This document shows, in pieces, positions 1-8,299 of a stretch of 64,000 nucleotides of DNA. Every line of letters starts with the position of its first letter. Position 1 is the stretch's first letter. A model generated the notes under the pieces. The model had not been told where the DNA came from. It searched no databases and saw only the letters and a program-made list of their open reading frames with translations. Made by a program: the position numbers and the translations under genes. Location of the stretch: positions 73,413 to 137,412 of IMG/VR virus record IMGVR_UViG_3300017917_002814; one strand, given 5' to 3'. The stretch is from a virus.

Positions 1-305
1 GTTGGCTCGTCAGATGTAGTCGCTTTAACTGACTTTACTGTGACTTTGACAGTCGCAGCCTTTGCAGGCTTAGCCGCAGCTGACTTGGGTTTGGCGGCAC
101 GAACCGGCTTGGTGGCAGTCATGCCTTGTGCATTGAGGTAATCAATTGCAGCTTCTTTAGCCATTGTAAACGGCAGCTCAATCATGTTTACTTCTGTGCA
201 ACCAAAACGCTCAAGTGCTTTAGCACGATTTGCATCGTTAGCAAATTTGTAAACAACAGCACCGTTCTCAACACAGGTGCCAGCAAAAGCAAAAAGTTTG
301 GACAT
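1..305 (-). CDS. hypothetical protein with Lys/Ala-rich (histone H1-like) tail; partial, runs off the window edge
   Basis: ATG at 305 preceded by AAGGAGAG; my translation MSKLFAFAGTCVENGAVVYKFAND...KPVRAAKPKSAAAKPAKAATVK stays open to position 1; not in the supplied ORF track. Confidence 0.75.
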   Translation of the reverse strand, partial: MSKLFAFAGTCVENGAVVYKFANDANRAKALERFGCTEVNMIELPFTMAKEAAIDYLNAQGMTATKPVRAAKPKSAAAKPAKAATVKVTVKSVKATTSDEP

Positions 306-337
306 GAATTACTCTCCTTATTAGTTACTGTACCACT

Positions 338-366
338 ATTATAACAAAATGGGTCTTTTTAGTCTA
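338..366 (-). promoter_or_regulatory. sigma70-type early promoter (TAGACT-17-TATAAT)
   Basis: minus-strand GGTAGACTAAAAAGACCCATTTTGTTATAAT; near-identical copy at 608-636. Confidence 0.7.
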
Positions 367-379
367 CCAAAAGTTTTTG

Positions 380-601
380 TTACTTTTTAGCAACACAAAC
401 ATACTCTTGTTGATATTGCAACTGTGTGTCTATTACACGATTAATAACATTCATCTGTTGTTGCGAATATTGCAAGTTTGGAGCAATCATGCGAGTTGCA
501 TAAATTGCACGAATAGCATCTTTGCAACTGTTAACAGAATCGTAAGAACCCATATGAGCTGGCTGTTGATTGAGAGCAACAAATAATAAAATGTATTTCA
601 T
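380..601 (-). CDS. small hypothetical protein with hydrophobic N-terminus and two Cys
   Basis: 73-aa ORF directly downstream of its own promoter. Confidence 0.65.
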   Translation of the reverse strand: MKYILLFVALNQQPAHMGSYDSVNSCKDAIRAIYATRMIAPNLQYSQQQMNVINRVIDTQLQYQQEYVCVAKK

Positions 602-607
602 GTGTAC

Positions 608-636
608 ACTTTAACAAAATGGGCCTTTATAGTCTA
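608..636 (-). promoter_or_regulatory. sigma70-type early promoter (TAGACT-17-TAAAGT), probably leaderless
   Basis: copy of the 338-366 element; only 6 nt between the -10 box and the ATG at 601. Confidence 0.65.
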
Positions 637-969
637 CCGTTTTTTTCGTTGCTTTTTAGCAACTGTTTTATTGGTTGCTAAAGGAGCAACTTTTGTTGCA
701 TTTTTGAGCCGATGAAACAAATCTGTTGCTTTTTTAAAATTAAAATTTGGATGCTTGTACATATAGTCTATTTTGCGCTCTAAAACTTGCAAAACTTCTA
801 ACAAGTCCATTTTTGTTGCAAAATCGCTATCCATTAGTATTTTATTAACATCATGCTTATCTAGCATGTATTCTACCCATTTTTCTGTAGCGGGTATTTT
901 GTAATATTGCACTATTGCTTTTTTGTTATTGCGTGTTGCATATTTGCTAATGTAAGTACGTGCTAACAT
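634..969 (-). CDS. hypothetical protein with basic C-terminus
   Basis: 111-aa ORF, AAGGAGG SD upstream. Confidence 0.8.
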   Translation of the reverse strand: MLARTYISKYATRNNKKAIVQYYKIPATEKWVEYMLDKHDVNKILMDSDFATKMDLLEVLQVLERKIDYMYKHPNFNFKKATDLFHRLKNATKVAPLATNKTVAKKQRKKR

Positions 970-995
970 ATAGCCTCCTTTTAACGAGACTTTAC

Positions 996-1024
996 ATTAT
1001 ATGCAAAACACGATTTATGTGCAA
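996..1024 (-). promoter_or_regulatory. sigma70-type promoter (TTGCAC-17-TATAAT)
   Basis: intergenic, correct 17-nt spacing. Confidence 0.7.
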
Positions 1025-1030
1025 CGCTTG

Positions 1031-1396
1031 TTAAAGTTGCAAGTTGTCTAGATATTGTTGAAGATTATCGGCATGCAATTTAAGCAACACAGTTTCTTCT
1101 TCGCCTAATAGTAATAAACTATCCGTTTTTTGTATGTAATAGGGACAAGTAAACAGTCTGCTCAACTGTAGAAGTGTTCTGTTGCGCAAAGGCTCTGCTA
1201 ATTTGCATTCGTATATTGGGATTCGAGTAAATTTTTTAATAAACTCAATTCCGGTTTTACTGAGTCTTAAATTAGTTGGATCGGTATGATTCCACCACCA
1301 AACTCGGATATATTGAGAATATTCAGATGAGTCACGTCCAGCTGCCGCTAAAATGCCTTCAGTGTAGCTTTGATGATTACGGGTAGATTTGGTCAC
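1031..1396 (-). CDS. hypothetical protein
   Basis: 121-aa ORF in a tightly packed minus-strand run. Confidence 0.7.
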   Translation of the reverse strand: MTKSTRNHQSYTEGILAAAGRDSSEYSQYIRVWWWNHTDPTNLRLSKTGIEFIKKFTRIPIYECKLAEPLRNRTLLQLSRLFTCPYYIQKTDSLLLLGEEETVLLKLHADNLQQYLDNLQL

Positions 1397-1664
1397 CTTG
1401 TTTCATTAGGACCACTGTGAATTTGTCAGTTTTGAACAAGGCGTTTAGTTTTTTGCAAAGATTGATGGCGTGTCCAGAATTTGAAAAACTTACCTTTTTG
1501 TATTTTGGACCCGGATACGCAACCAGCATGTTAGAACTCTTTAAATTTATTGGTTTATTGTCATAGAAAATAGCCCAAATTCCTTCACTACTAAGAACTT
1601 GTTCACTTTTGTAGTTAGACTTGTTTACATGTTCTAACAATATTGTTGGTTTAGGTCTAGACAT
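1377..1664 (-). CDS. hypothetical phage protein
   Basis: 95-aa ORF, AAGGA SD and a TAAATA motif upstream. Confidence 0.8.
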   Translation of the reverse strand: MSRPKPTILLEHVNKSNYKSEQVLSSEGIWAIFYDNKPINLKSSNMLVAYPGPKYKKVSFSNSGHAINLCKKLNALFKTDKFTVVLMKQGDQIYP

Positions 1665-1686
1665 TACATTATTTCCTTGAACTATA

Positions 1687-1694
1687 TATTTATG
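1687..1694 (-). promoter_or_regulatory. T4-like late promoter (CATAAATA)
   Basis: resembles the T4 gp55 late promoter TATAAATA; the same motif recurs upstream of many genes here. Confidence 0.6.
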
Positions 1695-1714
1695 CTAAAA
1701 ATAGTCAGTTTAAG

Positions 1715-1924
1715 TTAAAAACCTCCGCCGTCCAAGCTTACTGCTGTAGGTTGCGATGTTTCACTGGCTGATTGTATTTCTGCAATGTGAGCAAGTAAAG
1801 TAAAAATATCAGAATGCAAACTTCTAGCTTCGTCTGCTGATAATGCTAACTGTTTACTACCTGTTTGATTCATTATTTTTACTCTTTCGTTAAAGTTTTT
1901 AATTGCTAAACTTAATTTTTGCAT
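1715..1924 (-). CDS. hypothetical protein
   Basis: 69-aa ORF overlapping the upstream gene end. Confidence 0.7.
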   Translation of the reverse strand: MQKLSLAIKNFNERVKIMNQTGSKQLALSADEARSLHSDIFTLLAHIAEIQSASETSQPTAVSLDGGGF

Positions 1925-2385
1925 TGCATTTCCTTGTGAATATTTTGCATTTCTTCTTTAGATTTGAACGGACCAATGAAATTATATCTGTTTACTGTGA
2001 TATTTTTTGGGCAAAAATTTTCTGTCCATATACCGTTTAATTTGATCAAATAGTAACCTGCACAGAACAAACTTTTGCTTTTTGGCGTTTTACTATATAT
2101 TGGTAATTTTTTTTGTACATCCCAAACTTGATTATAAGATTTACCTTTGATTGGATATCCATAAACTGTTTTGTTACTTTCTTTTGTAGTTTTGTCAGGA
2201 GCACCAAATTTAATGTTGTACTTTTGTTTGAGATTTTTAACTGATGGAAAATATTCGCGTTGTTCATCGTGAACATAAACAAAGCCACCATCAGACCGAG
2301 CCTGTATGGTAGCAATTTTTTGCCCATGATCTTCTACTACCCAAAATTTGTTTTTCACTACTGGTTTGGCTATTCGTTCATTCAT
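1912..2385 (-). CDS. hypothetical phage protein
   Basis: 157-aa ORF, translationally coupled. Confidence 0.8.
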   Translation of the reverse strand: MNERIAKPVVKNKFWVVEDHGQKIATIQARSDGGFVYVHDEQREYFPSVKNLKQKYNIKFGAPDKTTKESNKTVYGYPIKGKSYNQVWDVQKKLPIYSKTPKSKSLFCAGYYLIKLNGIWTENFCPKNITVNRYNFIGPFKSKEEMQNIHKEMQCKN

Positions 2386-2647
2386 GTGATTTTTTCAATG
2401 TACTATGAGTAATAATTTTGCCAATTTCATGACCAAGGTCTAGATTTTCAGCTACGATAAATAAATCATCTTCATAAGACTGTCCTCGACGCACTTGTAC
2501 AATGTATCCGCCGTGTGCTTCGTGAACGTCAATTGATAATTTCTTATTGGGCAATCGAGATTTACCGCTACCATATATTTCGCCTATTGAAATATCTGTA
2601 CCACCTCCGCCCATGCCACCTATTGTAAATGTTTGTGAACTACTCAT
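2378..2647 (-). CDS. hypothetical protein
   Basis: 89-aa ORF; weak similarity to the neighbouring 2644-2913 protein (HxAxGG motif). Confidence 0.7.
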   Translation of the reverse strand: MSSSQTFTIGGMGGGGTDISIGEIYGSGKSRLPNKKLSIDVHEAHGGYIVQVRRGQSYEDDLFIVAENLDLGHEIGKIITHSTLKKSHE

Positions 2648-2913
2648 AATTTCATTTGCTCCAACATGATAGCCTGTGCCACTTGCTTGGCAAAGTCTTG
2701 ATCTTCGTGAATCATATACAAGGTATTTTCGTGTCTATCTGTTTTTTCGTTGTATTTTCTAGATTCAAAAATATGACCTCCTACCGCTCGGTGCAAGGTA
2801 AAATTTAGTCCTTCATGTCTTAAATGATCTCTTGATGAAACTACCGTTTCTCGTAGCTGTATAGATTCTTCTTGATTCAACCAATTTCTTACTGCTCGTC
2901 TTAACCAATTCAT
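2644..2913 (-). CDS. hypothetical protein
   Basis: start moved to MNWLRR (ATGA overlap with the upstream stop, GAGGAG SD). Confidence 0.7.
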   Translation of the reverse strand: MNWLRRAVRNWLNQEESIQLRETVVSSRDHLRHEGLNFTLHRAVGGHIFESRKYNEKTDRHENTLYMIHEDQDFAKQVAQAIMLEQMKL

Positions 2914-3254
2914 TGTTGTTTCTCCTCTTCTTGACATAATACTTTCATCATTTCAAATTTGTCATGTAAATCTTTAAGTCCAGGATGGCGACTCATTAAA
3001 TCTTGTAATCGTGCTTCTTCTCGCATTTTAGTTTCTGCCCACGTCAGTGCCGAGTGTGCAGCTTCACTTAAATTCAAGTTGGCGTTAGTATCAATAGGAT
3101 ACCATGCAACACCGTTATAAACTTCTATAGAACCGTTGTTACCATTGTATCTTAAAAGACCAGCACTTTGTGCACCTGGGCTTATTGGCGGCACATTGTT
3201 GTAACCATTTTGTATATGAAGATATGGACTACCACTGGTTAAACTTTTGATCAT
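2910..3254 (-). CDS. hypothetical phage protein
   Basis: start moved to MIKSLT (ATGA overlap with the upstream stop). Confidence 0.7.
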   Translation of the reverse strand: MIKSLTSGSPYLHIQNGYNNVPPISPGAQSAGLLRYNGNNGSIEVYNGVAWYPIDTNANLNLSEAAHSALTWAETKMREEARLQDLMSRHPGLKDLHDKFEMMKVLCQEEEKQQ

Positions 3255-3625
3255 ATGTATTCTGCCAATAGAACGGAAACTACAAATCCAATAGTCAAGT
3301 AGGTCAAGGCGTGTAGTAATTGATCTACACCAATCCAAAACCAGAACTGGTTGCTGTCGTAAGCCAATTTCACTGTGGCTCTGCGCTGGAACCAATCTAC
3401 AGTATAATGCACAACAGCATCAAATACGGCCAACATAACACAAGCCTGTAAACCTAAAAAGTGCATGAGAATCACATAAGTCAATGCACCGTGTAGTCCG
3501 GCGTGTTGCAAACCACCTATGCGCCAAAAATGACCTTTGTCTCTCAGCATTCTATCCGTTTGCCAACAGAAGTCTGCTAGAAAATGTTTGACAAACAACA
3601 AGACTAATATAAGCCAAGTGATCAT
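3251..3625 (-). CDS. DUF3307-like His-rich membrane protein
   Basis: HFLADF, HAGLHG, HYTVD and DQLLH motifs in hydrophobic helices. Confidence 0.75.
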   Translation of the reverse strand: MITWLILVLLFVKHFLADFCWQTDRMLRDKGHFWRIGGLQHAGLHGALTYVILMHFLGLQACVMLAVFDAVVHYTVDWFQRRATVKLAYDSNQFWFWIGVDQLLHALTYLTIGFVVSVLLAEYI

Positions 3626-3828
3626 TTACATAACTCTTCCCATACAAGTTCTTTGTCATAAACATGACTGCGAAGACTTATATAATTTCTTGCCAGGGCT
3701 TGGTGTATAACCATGGCATAATCCTTTGGACACTCAGGATGAATAATCAGTGCTGCACGAGCAGCCATTTTTAAATTGTCATGAACAAAAAAATCAGGAT
3801 CGTCTTGATTGATTTCACGAATGGTCAC
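3622..3828 (-). CDS. hypothetical protein
   Basis: 68-aa coupled ORF. Confidence 0.65.
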   Translation of the reverse strand: MTIREINQDDPDFFVHDNLKMAARAALIIHPECPKDYAMVIHQALARNYISLRSHVYDKELVWEELCK

Positions 3829-4058
3829 AGGATGCCTTCTTCAACTACTGTATTAGTCCAATTCCTGCCACGAATATACCGTTGTGCTTGTTCTAGGGTG
3901 TCAAACATTTTGGTTGCAGAACAAGCCCCATCTGGGCTGTACGATTTTAATGTGCGCCAAAACTTGAAACCAAATAACCATTTCACTTCGATTTGTATGG
4001 TGTAAAAAGTTACAGCATTGCCGTCTTCAAATTTTACAATTCTATATCTATCTGTCAT
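3825..4058 (-). CDS. hypothetical protein
   Basis: 77-aa coupled ORF. Confidence 0.65.
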   Translation of the reverse strand: MTDRYRIVKFEDGNAVTFYTIQIEVKWLFGFKFWRTLKSYSPDGACSATKMFDTLEQAQRYIRGRNWTNTVVEEGIL

Positions 4059-5044
4059 GCCGGATACTCTGCACCTAAGAATTCACTTAAACTCGAACTT
4101 TGTTCACTCAATCGATTTAATTCATACTTGCCACAAAACTTCAAGAACTGTGCTCCTACCATGGGACGACTTTTACGAACTGCACCTGCTGCTATGGTCT
4201 CTGCAATCTTGGCTTTAATTTCTGCAGGTTGTGCAGTGAGATCTACTAGCACTCTATTGCGTTCATAGTCATCTAACACTCGATGTTCCACACCGTTATG
4301 ATCTGTCCATCGCTGAAGCATGAGATTGTTCCAAGCATATCCTTTTTTATGTTGGTCAGCAAATGCCTCATTGAGACCAACTTTGTTCTTGCTACCTTTC
4401 GTCCTAACACCCGGATAGGCGGAAAAGATATTGTCTGTTGGATCTCCGCGCATACACTTCTCAAACAGGATCCATTGCGGATCAGGTATGACTTTGGGTG
4501 CCTTGGTCTTTTTATCAATTACCAGTTTGCCTTTCTTGTCAAGAATTCCTTCTAGCGTGTGTAGTTCGTCGGCAACACCGTTATATTGCTGTACATTCGG
4601 CGCCAGTAACTGGTAGAAGTCGGTGTCGGAGGATATGATAACATGATTGTCATTGGGGTGGGCTTGTATAAAGCCGGCAATGAGATCATCTGCTTCAAGT
4701 TCAGGATGCTGAAGAACTGTGCAATTAGTCTTTTCTGCGAGGAACGTTTTAAGATTATCGAACGCTTCCCAAAATAGTCGGTCCTCTTCCTGTTCGGATT
4801 CAGTGAGAGCTGCACGAGCGACTGCACGATTCTTTTTGTACGGCTCGTAATAATCCTTTCGCCAGCTCCGTCCCTCCAAACAGAATACCACGTGATCGGC
4901 TTTCTGATCCCGCCAAGCCTTATTAACCGAACCAAGGGTAACATGTATGGCAAATCCCAACTTATCCCAAGTGTCCGATTGACGATGGGCCGAATGGCGG
5001 GCACGGAAGAATGTGTTTGCAGTGTCTACGATTAGATATCTCAT
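4055..5044 (-). CDS. rnh: T4 RNase H-like 5'-3' exonuclease (flap endonuclease fold)
   Basis: LIVD, YKKNR, EADD, SSDTDFYQL and GDPTDNI motifs. Confidence 0.9.
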   Translation of the reverse strand: MRYLIVDTANTFFRARHSAHRQSDTWDKLGFAIHVTLGSVNKAWRDQKADHVVFCLEGRSWRKDYYEPYKKNRAVARAALTESEQEEDRLFWEAFDNLKTFLAEKTNCTVLQHPELEADDLIAGFIQAHPNDNHVIISSDTDFYQLLAPNVQQYNGVADELHTLEGILDKKGKLVIDKKTKAPKVIPDPQWILFEKCMRGDPTDNIFSAYPGVRTKGSKNKVGLNEAFADQHKKGYAWNNLMLQRWTDHNGVEHRVLDDYERNRVLVDLTAQPAEIKAKIAETIAAGAVRKSRPMVGAQFLKFCGKYELNRLSEQSSSLSEFLGAEYPA

Positions 5045-5050
5045 GCAGTA

Positions 5051-5079
5051 ATACTAGCATATTATAATAACCGTGTCAA
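5051..5079 (-). promoter_or_regulatory. sigma70-type promoter (TTGACA-17-TAGTAT), leaderless rnh mRNA
   Basis: 6 nt between the -10 box and the ATG; no SD. Confidence 0.65.
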
Positions 5080-5766
5080 GTGTGGTAAAAGAAATTCTGC
5101 CCATTTTCTATGAGCATCGGCACCAAAATGATATGAATTTGGTTTTACTGTTTTGTATCCTTTTGAAAGTAACCAATTAAAATAAATAAATTCTTCATCG
5201 TATGGATTTAGAAAAGAATTTCCCCATTCTTGTCTTTGCAAATTGTTTATTCTAATATGGGAAAAACAATTATATGTGTTAAAAAAAAGATGTGGTACAT
5301 TGAGACCATTTAAATATTCGTGAAAATTCCATATAGTTTCATGATTATACAATTCATTTTTTGCATATTCTGAAGACGAAGCTATTACCCATGTTTTGTA
5401 TTTTTGAACCAACTCGCTTGGCAATCTATCTGTTCCACTGCCAGTGATTTGATAATACACACCATCATGCAACCATTCTTCTCGTTCCCAAGTGGCCCAT
5501 CCTATAATAATTGCATCTGGTTTTGTGTGTTCTAAATACTTTTTAGTGGTTCTAATTATTCTGCTATTTGAACTTGCCGATTCGGCATCACAATGCAATA
5601 TAGCAAACAGTTCATTGGCAATATTACAACCATAGCTGGCTCGCTCATTGTCGGGGTGCGGAATACGCCCCAAAGCATGGTAAAACGGATCATCCTCTGC
5701 AAAGCAGTAATCATTTACAGCTTCTGCGCCAGCACTATGGCTGTCTCCATTTACATAAAGTATCAA
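5062..5766 (-). CDS. SGNH/GDSL-like hydrolase or acyltransferase
   Basis: N-terminal GDSHS and C-terminal SYHFGADAH motifs. Confidence 0.55.
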   Translation of the reverse strand: MILYVNGDSHSAGAEAVNDYCFAEDDPFYHALGRIPHPDNERASYGCNIANELFAILHCDAESASSNSRIIRTTKKYLEHTKPDAIIIGWATWEREEWLHDGVYYQITGSGTDRLPSELVQKYKTWVIASSSEYAKNELYNHETIWNFHEYLNGLNVPHLFFNTYNCFSHIRINNLQRQEWGNSFLNPYDEEFIYFNWLLSKGYKTVKPNSYHFGADAHRKWAEFLLPHLTRLL

Positions 5767-6149
5767 GAGATTTCGGTCCTTCCGTTGCCTAAATCGTTAC
5801 GATCTACTCTTCTGGGTCTCGCATCAATGGGTTGATTGGCCTCCCATTGCTCATAGTTTTCATTTAAAATATTACGACATACACTTTGAAACCATCTATC
5901 TACTATTTCGGCATCAGTATCATCTTTTTTCTGCATAAAACCGGCTTTGACCAATTTGGCCACAAACAATTCATTCCAATCTAGTTCAAAAGAACCATTG
6001 CCAACATCATCAGGATCAAGTTCCACTGCCACAACACTGACATATGGTTCTCCTGCTTCTGTAGCCAATTCCTTAGCAGTTTTGTTTTTTGCTTTAGGCT
6101 TTGGTCGTTCTTCTTTTATTTCTGGTTTCTTTTTAAGCCAATCAAACAT
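5763..6149 (-). CDS. hypothetical phage protein
   Basis: start likely MFDWLKKK, overlapping the queE stop (TGATG). Confidence 0.75.
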   Translation of the reverse strand: MFDWLKKKPEIKEERPKPKAKNKTAKELATEAGEPYVSVVAVELDPDDVGNGSFELDWNELFVAKLVKAGFMQKKDDTDAEIVDRWFQSVCRNILNENYEQWEANQPIDARPRRVDRNDLGNGRTEIS

Positions 6150-6997
6150 CAGGTTCCCCATTCATTTTTAAATAACGGCACTTGCAATCGATCGCTATAT
6201 CTTAAACCATGTTTCATTGCCAGTAATGCCACTGTACGATTATTCAATGTGTAAACACTTTCTACGCCACCTACAGGCATTAGATAGACTGATCCATGAA
6301 ATCCAGCATTACGATATTGTTCCGTTGCTTTTAATGCGTCTTTGACATCTTCTTCGGTGGCTACTACAAATTTAAGATATGTATGGCCAATGGTTTGATA
6401 TTGACATACAATCTCTGGACGAATAGCCTCGGCCCATGACTCACCACTGGCCGGGAGTTTTGCGCTTACACTAAATGTCACTTCTCGAGCAAAATTGGGA
6501 CCAGGCATTTGCCATTGTAGCAAGTAATCTGCAAACTCATCAGATAACATTTGAGTGCCATTAGTTTCAAAAGTTATTTCTTTTAATCTTTTCATGCGAG
6601 GATGATTGAGTAAATCCTCATAACTGCGCTGCCAGCCTAGTAATGGTTCTCCACCGGTAATAACAAGATGTTCATCTTTCCACTTACCATGTGGCAATAT
6701 TTGCATAATCCGTTCTACAATCGCATCACTAGTAAGCATAGGACTTAGATCTTTGAATCTAGGATCCCATGACGCATAACTATCACAACCTGTGCTAACT
6801 AATGGAAGTTCTTCGTACCGACTGTATTTGGCAGGATCAACATTTTCTGCTTCTATGCTTAGATGTCCGCGAGGCATACCAAACCCTGCACACTTAAAGT
6901 TGCAACCAAATGTGCGAAGAAACACACTAGGAACACCCATGTATCTACCTTCGCCTTGTATTGAATAGAAGAGTTCTGCTACTTTGATTTTACTCAT
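6149..6997 (-). CDS. queE: 7-carboxy-7-deazaguanine synthase (radical SAM, QueE)
   Basis: FYSIQGEG, FLRTFGCNFKC, CDS, VITGGEPL, ETNGT and RLQ motifs; clustered with queD and folE. Confidence 0.9.
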   Translation of the reverse strand: MSKIKVAELFYSIQGEGRYMGVPSVFLRTFGCNFKCAGFGMPRGHLSIEAENVDPAKYSRYEELPLVSTGCDSYASWDPRFKDLSPMLTSDAIVERIMQILPHGKWKDEHLVITGGEPLLGWQRSYEDLLNHPRMKRLKEITFETNGTQMLSDEFADYLLQWQMPGPNFAREVTFSVSAKLPASGESWAEAIRPEIVCQYQTIGHTYLKFVVATEEDVKDALKATEQYRNAGFHGSVYLMPVGGVESVYTLNNRTVALLAMKHGLRYSDRLQVPLFKNEWGT

Positions 6998-7000
6998 AAT

Positions 7001-7171
7001 TTACCAATGTCGAATAATACCTGCCACGATGAACAGGTTTGTTAGAATGTATACTAGCACAATAGCGGTACGGATACAAGCAATTTTATTTGCTTCTGTA
7101 TCTGTAGTGCCTGATTTTTCTCCTAGTGCTTTGGCCCAAAGACGCCAAACGTTACGCAAATAAATCTTCAT
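7001..7171 (-). CDS. small membrane protein (WRLWAKALGEK type)
   Basis: my translation MKIYLRNVWRLWAKALGEKSG...AIVLVYILTNLFIVAGIIRHW, 56 aa, fills the queD-queE gap; below the ORF-track cutoff. Confidence 0.65.
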   Translation of the reverse strand: MKIYLRNVWRLWAKALGEKSGTTDTEANKIACIRTAIVLVYILTNLFIVAGIIRHW

Positions 7172-7655
7172 TCCATTCTCTATGGCCTTCGCGGAAAGCC
7201 ATATTGCTTTGTGTTTCTCTAACCTCTACTCGATAGCACCAAAGACGCTCTGCTTCACTTGGACCCCACATGTCTGGTATATACACACCATTCACATATT
7301 TGTACAACATGTCTGCTAGGCCTTCACAACCTAAGCGTGGTAGTACAACAATTTTAGCCATATTCTTTTCTTGTAGCAGTTTAAATGTTTCCATTTCTGG
7401 ATCGTCTTGCGCCACAATCAAAGTATGGTCAAATTGATCTTCTAAGATCTTCTTAAGTTCTTTGAGACCGCCGTAGTCGGCGGCCCAGTTACGCACATCT
7501 AAGTGATCTGTGCCAAAATAAAACTTCATCGAAAATGAATAACCGTGAATTAGATTGCAATGGCTGTCGGCACGCCATTGACGATATGCACAAGGAAATG
7601 CGTCGTGATACTCTTTGGTACTTGTATATTTGTAAACTCTTGTTGGGTAAGACAT
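7152..7655 (-). CDS. queD: 6-carboxytetrahydropterin synthase (QueD/PTPS-like)
   Basis: CxxxHG, DYGGLK, FDH, E-x-L-A and VxET T-fold motifs; gene context. Confidence 0.85.
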   Translation of the reverse strand: MSYPTRVYKYTSTKEYHDAFPCAYRQWRADSHCNLIHGYSFSMKFYFGTDHLDVRNWAADYGGLKELKKILEDQFDHTLIVAQDDPEMETFKLLQEKNMAKIVVLPRLGCEGLADMLYKYVNGVYIPDMWGPSEAERLWCYRVEVRETQSNMAFREGHREWNEDLFA

Positions 7656-7663
7656 GTTATTCT

Positions 7664-7730
7664 CCTATATTAAATTTTAACATAGGCTTGCAGAATTTGT
7701 AAAGCGGGATGAATGCCAAGAAAGGCCGCT
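7664..7730 (-). ncRNA. candidate cis-regulatory RNA (pseudoknot plus SD-sequestering hairpin) in the queD 5' UTR
   Basis: AGCGG/CCGCU stem; loop CUUGGCA can pair with downstream UGCAAG; 10-bp hairpin covers the AGG of the SD. Confidence 0.45.
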
Positions 7731-7740
7731 AATAGATTAT

Positions 7741-7748
7741 TATTTATA
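7741..7748 (-). promoter_or_regulatory. T4-type late promoter TATAAATA
   Basis: perfect match to the T4 late consensus, intergenic, upstream of the queD leader. Confidence 0.7.
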
Positions 7749-7750
7749 CT

Positions 7751-8299
7751 TTAATTTTCCCACCAAGATTCCCAAGGAAAAACCACCCAACAAGGATCTT
7801 CATTTTTGTTGATATTTTGCCCTATATAATCAACATTTTTAAACTGACTGGCTTCATTGTTTACAATTACAGCGAACCGTACATTGTTATTATAAATTAC
7901 GTTCCATGCCGGATGTTTGGGTAAACAACTGCTACGCCAGTCATTTTTGATCCATTCTAGTGTAGCACCTGAATCATTTATATCATCAACGATTAGAATT
8001 TTTTTACGATATGCCGGATCGGTGTCAGCATCACCTGATCCACGTTGGTCCTTAGGTACATAACCAAACGCATGTTCGGCCATCCAAAGATTACTTTCAC
8101 TTTCGTTACCATCGCGTAGACTTACTTTTAGTGTTTCACATGGGACATCAAAATAATGACTAATCATAGCAGCCGGAGTCAACCCACCTCGAGTAATACC
8201 TACCACATAGTCAGGACGCCAATCACTGTTAGCAATGTCTCTACATAGTCTATGCATTAAACCTTTGAATTCTTGGTCTGAGATTCTGATTTTTTTCAT
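7751..8299 (-). CDS. purine phosphoribosyltransferase (Gpt/Hpt-like, type I PRTase)
   Basis: VVGITRGG, ILIVDDINDSGAT PRPP-binding loop, WVVFPWE C-terminus. Confidence 0.85.
   Translation of the reverse strand: MKKIRISDQEFKGLMHRLCRDIANSDWRPDYVVGITRGGLTPAAMISHYFDVPCETLKVSLRDGNESESNLWMAEHAFGYVPKDQRGSGDADTDPAYRKKILIVDDINDSGATLEWIKNDWRSSCLPKHPAWNVIYNNNVRFAVIVNNEASQFKNVDYIGQNINKNEDPCWVVFPWESWWEN

Noticed and set aside
7681-7730. Calling the queD leader a canonical preQ1-I riboswitch
   Set aside because: The topology is similar, but loop length and conserved nucleotides differ, and preQ1 synthesis genes are absent; reported as a candidate novel element instead.
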